NCBI GenBank assembly: GCA_964414145.1
Contig: CAYPVH010000006.1
Span: forward strand, 16,357 to 80,356
Direction of reading: 5' to 3'
DNA length: 64,000 nucleotides
Origin: an uncultured Gammaproteobacteria bacterium
GTDB lineage: Bacteria; Patescibacteriota; Microgenomatia; UBA1406
Made by a program: the position numbers and the translations under genes
In this document: in pieces, positions 37,652-47,692 of the stretch
How positions within the stretch are numbered: the first letter of the stretch is position 1
Layout: every line of letters begins with the position of its first letter
The notes under the pieces: generated by a model
Told to the model about the DNA's origin: nothing
The model's input: the letters and a program-made list of their open reading frames with translations, nothing else
Database searches by the model: none

Positions 37652-38770
37652 ATGAAAAGTATAATTTTAGATTCAAAAACAAATTTAGAATTAAGTGGTA
37701 TTAACCGCCAAAAACATATATTCATTAGTGGTTTGCCGGGAAACGGTGTGGCAACTTACGTTTGCAATTTAATTAGCCAAGACGTTGAAAGCAAGCAAAC
37801 AACAATAGTTTTAGATTACTATGGTGACCTTTATAAAAAAGTAAAAAATACCACCAGCTACACTGATAATTTGGGTTATATTAAGCTAGGCGAAAATAAT
37901 TTTTCTTTGAACATCTTTGAAAACGTTGAAACCGAAACAGAAAAAATACTTTTAGTAAAAACTATTCTTGGGCAGTTAAGAAAATTGTTTGATCCACAAA
38001 GTTTAGGAATTATTGGACCACGATTTGAACAAGCAACAAGAAGCGCCATACTGGCAGTACTCTACGACAAAGAACCATCTTTTTTAAAGGTAGTAAAGTG
38101 CTTTACCGATAGCTCATACCTAAATCAATTACTCCTTAAAATTAAAGATCCAATGTTAAAAAATTACTTTGGAAAAGTAAAGGAAGGGCCAATTAGAAAT
38201 AATGACATTGGTGTTTTTATTACTTCTAAATTACTTCCTTTGGTTAGTGACTCAAGGATACAGTTGTTACTGAAAAGCAGCGACTACAGCAGAATTTTAG
38301 AAGAAGTAATTAAAAACAAACAAGCAATTATTTTAGATATGAGTATCTTTAAACACGAGGAAGATATGGAAGAATTTATTTATAGCTTGTTACTTTTTAA
38401 GCTAGAGCAAATTTTACAGAAAGACAAATCGGATAATAAAATTTCTGTTTATGTAGATGAAGTGCAATCTGCAGGGGAGGAATTAGCTAGTCTTTATAGG
38501 TTTAGCGGTAAGTACGGTTTAGCAATAACAGCTATAAGCACAAGGGCTTTACTAATTCCGGAATACTTACAATACGAAATTACCCGATCAGGCACAGTAG
38601 TTAGTTTTAGGCAATCTGTTTATGATAATCATTTTGTTGAAGAGTTGTTTGAAAATGAGGGCATTAAAAATGAAATAAAATTGTTAAACCTGCCGCAATT
38701 TAGTGTTTATATAAAAACACTAAACAATAAAGGCGGAACAAAGATTGAAAGACTAGATTTAAGTAAGTAG
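37652..38770 (+). CDS. P-loop ATPase of unknown function (cassette gene)
   Basis: Walker A-like HIFISGLPGNGVATYVCNL near the N-terminus; 372 aa. Confidence 0.4.
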   Translation: MKSIILDSKTNLELSGINRQKHIFISGLPGNGVATYVCNLISQDVESKQTTIVLDYYGDLYKKVKNTTSYTDNLGYIKLGENNFSLNIFENVETETEKILLVKTILGQLRKLFDPQSLGIIGPRFEQATRSAILAVLYDKEPSFLKVVKCFTDSSYLNQLLLKIKDPMLKNYFGKVKEGPIRNNDIGVFITSKLLPLVSDSRIQLLLKSSDYSRILEEVIKNKQAIILDMSIFKHEEDMEEFIYSLLLFKLEQILQKDKSDNKISVYVDEVQSAGEELASLYRFSGKYGLAITAISTRALLIPEYLQYEITRSGTVVSFRQSVYDNHFVEELFENEGIKNEIKLLNLPQFSVYIKTLNNKGGTKIERLDLSK

Positions 38771-38849
38771 ACATATTTTTATAATCAGTAACAGAACATC
38801 CTTAACGAGCAAAGGATTCCTTTGATAAATTTAAAGTTTAAAGTTAATT

Positions 38850-39012
38850 AATAGAAATTGGTTTCTGGAAATTAGAAAATAGTAATAGAAATTAGATAGT
38901 AGAGAATGGATTACTGCTTTTGTATCTTAATTTATACTTCAAAATTAATCTTTGTTTGTTTATTGTAGTTTGAGATTTGTTTGGAAATTGCTTTTTGGAT
39001 TTTGGTGCTTAT
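38850..39012 (-). repeat. Modular MITE-like repeat, copy 3 (inverted orientation; B- and A-modules)
   Basis: reverse complement of ..ccattctctactatctaatttctattactattttctaatttccagaaaccaatttct.. and of aataagcaccaaaatccaaaaagcaatttccaaacaaatctcaaac. Confidence 0.65.
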
Positions 39013-39268
39013 TTACTTATTCTTATATTCTTAAATTCGCAAATTCATAAATTTTTATTTTTTCGTTTGCTTTTATTTGTATTTTGTTATACCTTATTAA
39101 AATTAATATTTATTTTTAACAATCAAAAATAATAAAAATATTTGCTGCCCAGAGTTTGACCCCAGTTTGTGGAACGAAAAAAAACATATGTGGAAGAATA
39201 AGCTATTTATAAAATCGTCAATTCCGGTATTTTTTCACATTCCCCTACCTTTCCTGGTTGGCAATATA

Positions 39269-39610
39269 ATGACAAAATTATGGAAAACAGCTGAAAAAGC
39301 TGGCGCTACCCCCAGTAAAAATGGCTTTCTCTGCTTAACATACGATCCCAACCCATTTGTAAGTGAATATTACATGCATGTAACCAAAGAAGTATCAGAC
39401 ATAAAAAATGTTAAACTTTCGGGTGAATTTATTAGCAAAGTTTATGATGGACCATTCAGTGAAGTTAATAATTGGTTAAAAGATATGACCGGTTATATTG
39501 AATCGCTTGGCAAAAATGTTTACCGAAATTTTTTATACTTTACCACTTGCCCCGAATGTGCCAAAAAATACAAGCATAATTATGTTGTGGTAGTAACTGA
39601 GACGGAATAA
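39269..39610 (+). CDS. Hypothetical protein (cassette gene)
   Basis: ORF track starts at 39167; the ATG at 39269 directly follows a TATAAT and gives MTKLWKTAEKAG.. (a leaderless start is plausible). Confidence 0.4.
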   Translation: MTKLWKTAEKAGATPSKNGFLCLTYDPNPFVSEYYMHVTKEVSDIKNVKLSGEFISKVYDGPFSEVNNWLKDMTGYIESLGKNVYRNFLYFTTCPECAKKYKHNYVVVVTETE

Positions 39611-39666
39611 ATTGCTACATTGTTAAATTGTTAAAAGTAAGAGTTATGATTTATGAGTTAAGAGAA

Positions 39667-40073
39667 ATAAGCACCAAGATCCAAAAAACCCCACTTCGCC
39701 AATGCTTCGAGGGGCAGGTAATTTCCAAACAAATATCAAACTACAAATAACAAACAAAGGTAGGAATTTAAGAATTTGTATTATGTCATATTGAACGCTA
39801 GTGAAATATCCCATGGGATCCTTCGGTTACTTCGCTCCCTCGAGGATGACATATAAAGATCCTATGGGATTCCCGCCAAAGGCGGGCAAGTCCTCCGAAT
39901 CGGAGGGCAGGCTTCTGTTAAATCAGAATGACTAGTTAAATTGCTAAATTGCTGCATTGTTCCATTGTTTCATTGTTGAAAACAAAAACAGAAATCCATT
40001 CTCTACTTTCTTATTTCTATTACTATTTTCTAATTTCCAGAAACCAATTTCTAATTTATTAACTGTGAATTTT
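39667..40073 (+). repeat. Modular MITE-like repeat, copy 4 (A-module, ~110-nt GC-rich multi-hairpin module, iteron block, B-module)
   Basis: hairpins CCCATGGGATCCTT..AAGATCCTATGGG enclosing CCTCGAGG, then CCCGCCaaaGGCGGG, then CCTCCGaaTCGGAGG; iterons aaattgct/aaattgctg/cattgttc/cattgttt/cattgttg. Confidence 0.7.
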
Positions 40074-40185
40074 AAATTATTAATTTTAATTTAACTACTT
40101 ATCAGATATTTATAATAGCTCTACCCTTTCAGGTAAAAGTTGTTTATGTACCACTGGTCACATTTTATGGTAAAATTCTGCTTCT

Positions 40186-40470
40186 ATGAAAGAAATTCTT
40201 ACTGATAATGGGCAAAGCAAAGAAATAACCCCGGGGCAGACCGCTTGGATTTATGAAGGAGCAATTATTTATTTGTTTGGTAATACCAAAAGGCACTTAA
40301 TAGTTTCTGTTGGATTCGAAGCAGAATTTATCCGTCAAGAAGGTAATTTGTATTTTTTTATAATTACAAATGTTGCTACTGTTTTTAATTCTGACCAATC
40401 AAGCACTCAGTCGCTTAACCCGGGAATATCTTTTGCGGTTGCTAAAACAGCCTTCAAAAAACTCGCCTAA
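40186..40470 (+). CDS. Hypothetical small protein
   Basis: 94 aa ORF downstream of repeat copy 4. Confidence 0.35.
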   Translation: MKEILTDNGQSKEITPGQTAWIYEGAIIYLFGNTKRHLIVSVGFEAEFIRQEGNLYFFIITNVATVFNSDQSSTQSLNPGISFAVAKTAFKKLA

Positions 40471-40521
40471 AAATATATGGGCTTACAAATGAGGCGAAAA
40501 TTTAGTATATTAGTTTAAAAA

Positions 40522-42273
40522 ATGGACCAGATAGAAGAGATAAAAAGAAAACTAGATATTGTTGAGTTTATCAATAAATACACCCCTTTAACTAAACTTG
40601 GGCGAAACTTTAAGGCCAACTGCCCATTCCACAGTGAAAAAACCCCCTCGTTTGTTGTTTCACCCGAGCGGCAAATTTGGCACTGTTTTGGTGCTTGCAA
40701 CGAAGGTGGTGATATTTTTAAATTTTTAATGAAGTGGGACAATATTAGCTTTTTTGAAGCAGCACAAATTTTGGCAGAAGAGGCTGGAATTAAACTGGAG
40801 ATGAGCAAAAGCAAAGATAATACTTATAGTCAAAAGTCTCGAATTTATACGATTAATCAAATCGCGGCCGACTTCTATGCCTACATATTAAATGAACATA
40901 AAATTGGTAGTAAAGCCAGAGAGTATTTAAAGTTAAGGGGCGTTTCAGAAAAAACCAGAAAACACTTTCAGCTTGGCTATTCACCCAATTCCTGGGATTC
41001 TTTACTAAAATATCTACAAAAAAAGGGTTATACCAATGAAGAAATTGTAAACGCTGGTCTTTCAATAAAGTCCGGTAAAGGCCGAGTTTACGATCGGTTT
41101 CGAAGTCGTATTATGTTTCCGCTTACAACAAGTCGAGGAGAAGTTATTGGTTTTGGTGGCAGAACCCTGAATCAAAGTCAGAAAGAAGCCAAGTATATTA
41201 ATACTCCCGAAACACTTGTTTACAAAAAAAGAGAGCATCTTTACGGATTACAATTTGCTCAAAACAGTATAAGAGAGAAAAAAGAAGTAATTGTGGTGGA
41301 AGGTGAATTCGATGCAATATTAGCCCATCAAAACGGCTATAGCAATACCGTTGCCATAAAAGGTTCGGCCTTAACTAATGATCATTTAAAATTTTTAAGA
41401 CGTATCAGTGAAGTTATTGTCTTCGCCCTTGATATGGACTTGGCCGGTAGTGAAGCAGTTAAACGCGGCATAGTTGAGGCAGAAAAATTCGATTTCCAAA
41501 TGGAAGTAATACAACTTACGGGCAATAAAGACCCAGCCTACGTTTTCTTAAAAGACCCGCTAATATTTAAAGAGGCATATAAAAAAAGAAGTACTATTTA
41601 CGATTTTTTAATTAACTCCAGTCAAAAAAATCATAACATTAAAACTGCCTATGGCAAAAAAAGGGTAGCTGAAGAAGTAATGCCCTATTTATTAAGAATA
41701 AAGAATCCGATTGTTCAGGATTACTATTTAAAACAATTAGCTAACCAATGTGACATTCCCTTCGATTCATTAAAACGTTCCTTATTTTTATTGGAAAGAA
41801 AAATCAGCAGTAAAGATTTAAATAAAACTCTGGTAACTGTTAAAGATAAAAGACCAATTGACGAAATGCTAGAGGAACATTTGATTGCACTTTTAGTACA
41901 AGCCGATTCACCCAGGGTTTTTTTTAGTCAGGTAGACAAACACTTATCTCTTGCCGACTTCAACAGCCCCTCAACTTTTAAATTAATCCAGATTGCCAAA
42001 AATAAATTCGAGAAAGAAGGAATTAAATATTTGGAAGAACTTGAAAAAGATATTCCCAAGGAGTTAATCGAACTATACAATAAAGCCCATCTGCTTGAAT
42101 TTAAAAAACAAAACAATAATTGGGAAAAAGAAATTAAAAAAACAGTACTCTCTGTTAAGAAATATTCATTAAAAAAACAAATTCAAAAAATAATGAATTC
42201 AGTGGATGAAAAGGGCTTAACTGATAAAATGATTTTGCTAAAAGAAGTGGACAAATCGCTCTCAATATTATAA
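40522..42273 (+). CDS. dnaG: DNA primase
   Basis: CHC2 zinc finger [34 protein letters not shown]; TOPRIM region [17 protein letters not shown]; immediately upstream of rpoD (conserved dnaG-rpoD arrangement). Confidence 0.9.
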   Translation: MDQIEEIKRKLDIVEFINKYTPLTKLGRNFKANCPFHSEKTPSFVVSPERQIWHCFGACNEGGDIFKFLMKWDNISFFEAAQILAEEAGIKLEMSKSKDNTYSQKSRIYTINQIAADFYAYILNEHKIGSKAREYLKLRGVSEKTRKHFQLGYSPNSWDSLLKYLQKKGYTNEEIVNAGLSIKSGKGRVYDRFRSRIMFPLTTSRGEVIGFGGRTLNQSQKEAKYINTPETLVYKKREHLYGLQFAQNSIREKKEVIVVEGEFDAILAHQNGYSNTVAIKGSALTNDHLKFLRRISEVIVFALDMDLAGSEAVKRGIVEAEKFDFQMEVIQLTGNKDPAYVFLKDPLIFKEAYKKRSTIYDFLINSSQKNHNIKTAYGKKRVAEEVMPYLLRIKNPIVQDYYLKQLANQCDIPFDSLKRSLFLLERKISSKDLNKTLVTVKDKRPIDEMLEEHLIALLVQADSPRVFFSQVDKHLSLADFNSPSTFKLIQIAKNKFEKEGIKYLEELEKDIPKELIELYNKAHLLEFKKQNNNWEKEIKKTVLSVKKYSLKKQIQKIMNSVDEKGLTDKMILLKEVDKSLSIL

Positions 42274-42274
42274 A

Positions 42275-43381
42275 ATGATACATAATATGGCAGTTTCTGC
42301 AAAAATATTCCCCAAGTCTGTTCGAGCATTTATTAAAGACGGCGCAATCGCCGGATTTGTAGTACTTGACGACATACTTTCTTTATACCCGGAGCCAGAA
42401 AAAAATGTTGAAGAGTTAGACAATTTATTTGATTACCTCCTTGAACACAAGACAGATGTATTTGAAAACGTTTCCACCAGAGAAGAACAAGAAGCTAAAA
42501 AAAGTACCGAAGAGTTGGAAAAGGAACTTGAAGGTATGATAAAGCTTGAGAAAGGTGAATCGCTGGACCCAATAAAAATTTACTTAAAAGAAATTGGTTC
42601 GCACCCTCTGTTAACTTTTCAGGAAGAAATTGAACTGGCCAAAGGCTATGAGCAGGAAAACGAAGCCGCTAGACGAAAATTAATTGTTTCAAATTTACGT
42701 TTAGTTGTTTCTGTTGCCAAGAAACACATCGGTCGAGGTCTATCGTTTTTAGATTTAATTCAGGAAGGTAATCAGGGATTAATGAAGGCAGTTGAAAAAT
42801 ATGACTGGCGCCGAGGTTATAAATTTTCTACATATGCAACTTGGTGGATTAGGCAAGCTATTACTCGTGCCATTGCTGACCAATCCAGAACAATTAGAAT
42901 TCCGGTTCACATGGTAGAAAACATTAATAAGCTGTATAAAACTCAGAGAAAATTAATGCAAAAATATAACCGAACCCCGAGTGTAAAGGAATTGTCTAAA
43001 GAACTAGAGATGAAAGAAGATGAGGTTAAAAATCTTTTTAGAATTAGCCAAAGAACCACTTCATTGTCAACAGCAATCAATGACGAAGAAGACGCAACCT
43101 TAGAGGACTTTATAAAAGACCCAAACCAAAGTAGTATTTATGATAATGTAACTAACAAATTTATTAAGGAATACCTGTTTGAAGTACTAGACACTTTAAC
43201 ACCTCGGGAAAGAAAAGTTTTAGTTTTAAGATACGGCTTGGAAGATGGAAAACCACGAACCCTTGAGGAAGTTGGTCGCCAATTTAGCGTAACTCGCGAA
43301 AGAATTAGGCAAATTGAAGCCAAGGCAATTCGTAAATTAAAACATCCGTCCCGGGCTAAAAAACTTAGGGGTTTAATGTAA
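42275..43381 (+). CDS. rpoD: RNA polymerase primary sigma factor (sigma-70 family)
   Basis: region 2 [37 protein letters not shown]; region 4 [27 protein letters not shown]. Confidence 0.9.
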   Translation: MIHNMAVSAKIFPKSVRAFIKDGAIAGFVVLDDILSLYPEPEKNVEELDNLFDYLLEHKTDVFENVSTREEQEAKKSTEELEKELEGMIKLEKGESLDPIKIYLKEIGSHPLLTFQEEIELAKGYEQENEAARRKLIVSNLRLVVSVAKKHIGRGLSFLDLIQEGNQGLMKAVEKYDWRRGYKFSTYATWWIRQAITRAIADQSRTIRIPVHMVENINKLYKTQRKLMQKYNRTPSVKELSKELEMKEDEVKNLFRISQRTTSLSTAINDEEDATLEDFIKDPNQSSIYDNVTNKFIKEYLFEVLDTLTPRERKVLVLRYGLEDGKPRTLEEVGRQFSVTRERIRQIEAKAIRKLKHPSRAKKLRGLM

Positions 43382-43392
43382 ATTTTTTGATT

Positions 43393-44478
43393 CTACAGTT
43401 CAATTTTACTGATACTACCTTTGACTAACTTAACTATTTCCCAATCTGCAGTTGTTATTAGACTCTGATAGTTATTGGCTATTGTAAGCGCCAGTTCTGC
43501 GTTTTCCCTATCCAGTTCCGAAAAACAGTCATCGAGCAAAAAAATTGGTTTTTTACCCAAACGTTTTTCCAAATAACTTAATTCAGATACTTTTAGCCAT
43601 AAAACTACCAAACGCTGTTCACTTCTTGACCCGTATAAACTAAGATCTTTTTTCACATCTGACTTTAATTTGAAGAAAGCAAAGTCATCAAGTTGCGGCC
43701 CAATCAAAGTTTTTCCCATTTCTAATTCTTTTTTCTGAAACAGAGCAGCTCGTTCCATATTAAATATACTGGCTCTATATTCTATGTTAAAACTTACCGT
43801 AGTTAATTTATTTTGTGAATTTAAATATTCAACAAAGGCTTTTCGTTGTTCATAAATAACAAGAGCATTCTTAATTAAGAAAGTATCCCAAAACCGAAGT
43901 ACTTCTAAAAAGTTATCAGCTTTATATTTTTTCTGATTCTCGAGTAATTTATTCCTTTTGTACAAACCCTTACTATAATTATTCTTTGCTTGATAATAAG
44001 TATAGTTAACTCTTTCTAAGATTTGATTAACATAATCCCGTCTTAAACTTGGTGATCCGGTAATAATAGCAATGTCGGATGGTTGAAATAAAACAGTGGG
44101 AATAGTACGAGAAACATAGTCTTTATAGCTTTTTTTTAAATCATTAACAAAAAAATACTTCTCTGTTTTATTTTTCTGTTTTTGTAGTCGAATAGAAAAA
44201 TAAAACTCTTCATTATCTTCTTTATCAAAATACTTTGCTTTTACTAATGCACTTTCCCGACTGTTTTCAAGAAGATTGTCTAATTGTTTTTCACGAAATC
44301 CATGGCAGTTATTTAAAAAGTAAACAGCTTCTAGTAGATTTGTTTTGCCAATAGCATTTTTGCCAATGATTAGTGTTTGCTTATCGTTAAAACTAAAAAC
44401 AGTTTTTTTTAAGAAATTTCTAAAACCTTCAATAGTAATTGACTTTAATATCATAGCTGATGTCACCACAAAACCCAC
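43393..44478 (-). CDS. recF: DNA replication/repair protein RecF
   Basis: N-terminal ILKSITIEGFRNF..IIGKNAIGKTNLLEAV (Walker A); C-terminal ..PIFLLDDCFSELD (Walker B/D-loop). Confidence 0.85.
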   Translation of the reverse strand: MGFVVTSAMILKSITIEGFRNFLKKTVFSFNDKQTLIIGKNAIGKTNLLEAVYFLNNCHGFREKQLDNLLENSRESALVKAKYFDKEDNEEFYFSIRLQKQKNKTEKYFFVNDLKKSYKDYVSRTIPTVLFQPSDIAIITGSPSLRRDYVNQILERVNYTYYQAKNNYSKGLYKRNKLLENQKKYKADNFLEVLRFWDTFLIKNALVIYEQRKAFVEYLNSQNKLTTVSFNIEYRASIFNMERAALFQKKELEMGKTLIGPQLDDFAFFKLKSDVKKDLSLYGSRSEQRLVVLWLKVSELSYLEKRLGKKPIFLLDDCFSELDRENAELALTIANNYQSLITTADWEIVKLVKGSISKIEL

Positions 44479-44480
44479 CT

Positions 44481-45794
44481 TTATTGATTTTTCTTTAATA
44501 AGTATATGGTTTCGATAGCTGAGGGAAGCTTAAAATATTTACGTGCTACAGATATAGATTGAATAGAGTTAAACAACCTATCCCAAAAACCTTGGGAAAA
44601 AACAGAAAGATGAGAAGGGTCGTCGCCATGAGTAAAGTGCAATAGTGAGTTTTCTTTCGTATAGATTTTGTGTAAAACACTTTTTTTAGCTACCCGTACT
44701 GTTTCTTTTGCGGCTTTTTTTAAATTTGACCTTTCCAGGTGTTCAAGCACATCAAAAGTAACCACCATATCGAAAGAATTATTTTTAAACGGTAGTTTTA
44801 AAACATCTCCCTTTATTAGAAACGGTTGCACTTCCTCGTTGGCAAGTTCTAAGGCCTCTTTAGATATTTCTACTCCCTTGGCGTCTACACCCAATCTTCG
44901 TAACGCCGAGACTAATTCGCCGGTACCGCAACCTACATCTAGTAAAGTTTTTGGATTAAATTGGGTTTTAATGTAGAGTGCCCTGTACCAAGCAGCTAAC
45001 TTGCGCATTGAGTTATTAATGAAATTAGAGTTAATATAATACTTGTATTCACCTTTCCCCCCGAAATAATAATCGCGATTATAATAAGCAGCTGACACTT
45101 CATAAGGTCTGATTACAGAACCCTTAAAACTTTCGCCGTCAAGTATACGCTGTAAGTTTCTAAAGTCGTCACCTTTTGTAATAATAGTTGTTAAGTCTAG
45201 TGCTTTTGCAAGTTGCGCTGCGACCGGATCAAATGGCGCCGACAGGCCCGGAACCCATTTGTCACCAACTAAAGTTTCGTAATACTTCCAGGTAGTTTTT
45301 TCTATTTTTTGCGCGTTCTTGAACTTTCTTGGATCTTTGTCATAAACCCAGTAAATATTGGAAAGATTAATAATAAGACTGGCCCCATAATCTCTGGCCA
45401 TGATTACTGCGTCGTAATCGGTTGACCAACCCGGTTTCCAACCACCACCAATAACAATTGGTTCTTTTAAATTATAAATTTTTCGGTCATAGTTTTCTAC
45501 AATTCGATTATGAGCTACATCTCTAAAAATTGTACGTAAAAGATGTGCATTAAGCCGAGTGGCGTGAATTCCCAACCAATCCAAGTCTTCGTCTGTAAGT
45601 TTGTCTACAACATCACGGCCCGAATCAATATAATGCCTTGCTGTTTTGCCACCGCCAGCTATTAAGAAAAACCGCCTATTCTTGGAAATGTTACTTCTGA
45701 TAAAACGATTTAATTTGCTTAGAAAGTCGGTATTTGGTCCGCCATTTGGAACAATAAGCGAACCACCAACCGAAATAACAATTGATTCCTTCAT
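44481..45794 (-). CDS. Fusion protein: PyrH-like (amino-acid-kinase family, UMP-kinase-like) domain plus class I SAM-dependent methyltransferase domain
   Basis: N-terminal IVISVGGSLIVP..LIAGGGKTAR.. (aa-kinase fold, ~230 aa); C-terminal LLDVGCGTGELV (motif I)..FDMVVTFDVLEHL (motif II/III). Confidence 0.55.
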   Translation of the reverse strand: MKESIVISVGGSLIVPNGGPNTDFLSKLNRFIRSNISKNRRFFLIAGGGKTARHYIDSGRDVVDKLTDEDLDWLGIHATRLNAHLLRTIFRDVAHNRIVENYDRKIYNLKEPIVIGGGWKPGWSTDYDAVIMARDYGASLIINLSNIYWVYDKDPRKFKNAQKIEKTTWKYYETLVGDKWVPGLSAPFDPVAAQLAKALDLTTIITKGDDFRNLQRILDGESFKGSVIRPYEVSAAYYNRDYYFGGKGEYKYYINSNFINNSMRKLAAWYRALYIKTQFNPKTLLDVGCGTGELVSALRRLGVDAKGVEISKEALELANEEVQPFLIKGDVLKLPFKNNSFDMVVTFDVLEHLERSNLKKAAKETVRVAKKSVLHKIYTKENSLLHFTHGDDPSHLSVFSQGFWDRLFNSIQSISVARKYFKLPSAIETIYLLKKNQ

Positions 45795-45814
45795 TTTATT
45801 ATTTTATTTTCACC

Positions 45815-45852
45815 GAAAAAAAAACCGCCCTTACGGCGGTTGTCATTTTTTG
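45815..45852. terminator. Bidirectional rho-independent terminator downstream of recJ
   Basis: aaaaaaaAACCGCCcttacGGCGGTTgtcatttttt. Confidence 0.6.
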
Positions 45853-46012
45853 TTTTTTCAAAACAAAAAAACATAATTTTTAATTTGGCTTTTCCTAATC
45901 TGCATAAGTTGGTGACTCATTTGTAATTTTCAATTATAAAGTATCTTCTGTGTTTGTGCAAACCGGATTTGTCTTTTTTTAACTACATTTTTTGTATTTT
46001 TTTATATAAAAA

Positions 46013-47692
46013 CTAATCTTTACTGCTTTGCACAATATGCTTTACATTTAATTGTGGTTCAACTCTGCCATTCCACCTATTTATTTCCACAGTATAGGCA
46101 ATGCTGAGCGCTTCTTCACTTGATAAATTATTAAGAACAGTTTTGAAGTTAAAAGCTATTGCCTTACTTAATTTATTCGAGACCGGTTCTAAAATAGATA
46201 TTTGATAGTGATTGCCATTTTTACCTACCGGTCGTTTATACACTAGCTGAGTATTTTTACTTAAAAATATCGGTTTTTTGTTACCTTCTCCATATGGTTC
46301 AAGAGTTTCAAGTAATTCAGCAAGTTCCAAGCTAATATTCTCGAGTGATAGAGCCAGATCAATAACTATTTCCTTTTTTTGTATTATTTCTTTTTGTTTT
46401 TTTAATATTGTTTTTAGTAATTGGTTTTTAAAATCCTTAATATTTTCCTTTAGCAAACTAAATCCTGCAGCTTTAGCATGACCCCCACAACTTTCAAGAA
46501 GTGATTTATTTTTGGCAAGAATATCAACCAAATTTAAACCGTCTATTGATCTGGCACTTCCTTTAACAATTTTTTCTTTTATTGCGGCTACAAAAACCGG
46601 TTTACCGTATTTATCCACTAATTTTGATGCCAATAACCCAACTATGCCTTCGTCAAACTTTTCCGAATAAACAAATATACAACTATTGTCTTTCTGTAGC
46701 TTTGCCATTTCAAGAGCAATAACCACTTGTTCTTGCATTTTCTTTTGTCTGTTTTGATTAACCTGTATCAGTTCTTCTGCCAATACCTGTGCTTGAGTTT
46801 TGCTTCTGGTACACAACAAGCGTAGTGCATTCATTGCCGACCCCATTCTGCCTGCCGCATTAATTCTTGGCGCAATAGTATAACCGATGTCATTTGCAGA
46901 ATATTTTGCTTTTTTACCTAAGCCACAAGAATTAATTAATGCTGGAAGACCAGGTAAGCTTGAGTGCTTAATCCGCTTTAATGCAAAATAAGCCAAACTT
47001 CTTGAAACACCGACTAAAGGTACAAGATCGGCAATTATGCCAATTCCGGCAAAAACAAGAAAATCATTTTCCAACATTTTTTTTAAACGACTACTTTTAT
47101 AATGATTATCTAGAGCAGCACAAAAATAATAGGCAATTCCGGATGCGCTTGTTTTTTGAGAATGAATTATAGAAAGTGCACTACGGGGCAAAGAACTTCC
47201 CACTTGGTGGTGATCAACTACAATAGTGTCGATATTCTTATTTTTTAGTGTCTTAATATATGATTCTCCGGTAATTCCGTGGTCCAGTGAGATAATTAAT
47301 TTTGGCGAAAATTCATTTATAACATTTTTTATTCCGGCATGAGTAAAACCATAGCCTTCTTCTTCCCGACTACCAATATATGGCATTACTTTAAAACCTA
47401 AAATATCTAATGCTTGCCATAATATTGCCGCACTGGTAATGCCGTCTGCGTCGTAATCGCTATAAATAACAACCCGTTCCGAATTTTTTTTTGCCTTAAT
47501 TAATCTTTGAATACTTTTAGTAATTTGGGTTTTACTTATACCTAAGGTTTCGAGAGAAAAATTACTGGGGTTGGGCGGGTTAATAAACGAGTCATGATTT
47601 TCGTCGGGTATACCTCTATTCCTCAGTAGAGTTGATATAATATTCTTTGGTTGGTAAAACGACGTAATCTGATCTAATATATTGAATTGCAT
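46013..47692 (-). CDS. recJ: Single-stranded-DNA-specific exonuclease RecJ (DHH/DHHA1)
   Basis: DHH motifs VVIYSDYDADGITSAAIL, IISLDHGIT, VVDHHQ; GGH motif CGGHAKAAGF in the DHHA1 region. Confidence 0.85.
   Translation of the reverse strand: MQFNILDQITSFYQPKNIISTLLRNRGIPDENHDSFINPPNPSNFSLETLGISKTQITKSIQRLIKAKKNSERVVIYSDYDADGITSAAILWQALDILGFKVMPYIGSREEEGYGFTHAGIKNVINEFSPKLIISLDHGITGESYIKTLKNKNIDTIVVDHHQVGSSLPRSALSIIHSQKTSASGIAYYFCAALDNHYKSSRLKKMLENDFLVFAGIGIIADLVPLVGVSRSLAYFALKRIKHSSLPGLPALINSCGLGKKAKYSANDIGYTIAPRINAAGRMGSAMNALRLLCTRSKTQAQVLAEELIQVNQNRQKKMQEQVVIALEMAKLQKDNSCIFVYSEKFDEGIVGLLASKLVDKYGKPVFVAAIKEKIVKGSARSIDGLNLVDILAKNKSLLESCGGHAKAAGFSLLKENIKDFKNQLLKTILKKQKEIIQKKEIVIDLALSLENISLELAELLETLEPYGEGNKKPIFLSKNTQLVYKRPVGKNGNHYQISILEPVSNKLSKAIAFNFKTVLNNLSSEEALSIAYTVEINRWNGRVEPQLNVKHIVQSSKD

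Noticed and set aside
33103-39866. Cloning-vector contamination suggested by GGATCC (BamHI) and CTCGAG (XhoI) sites within the hairpin modules
   Set aside because: The sites are embedded in otherwise native AT-rich repeat sequence present in multiple diverged copies; coincidence is far more likely than vector sequence.
32944-40073. CRISPR array
   Set aside because: Repeats are long (100-400 bp), modular, irregularly spaced (kilobases apart) and in both orientations. There are no short regular direct repeats with uniform spacers anywhere in the window.
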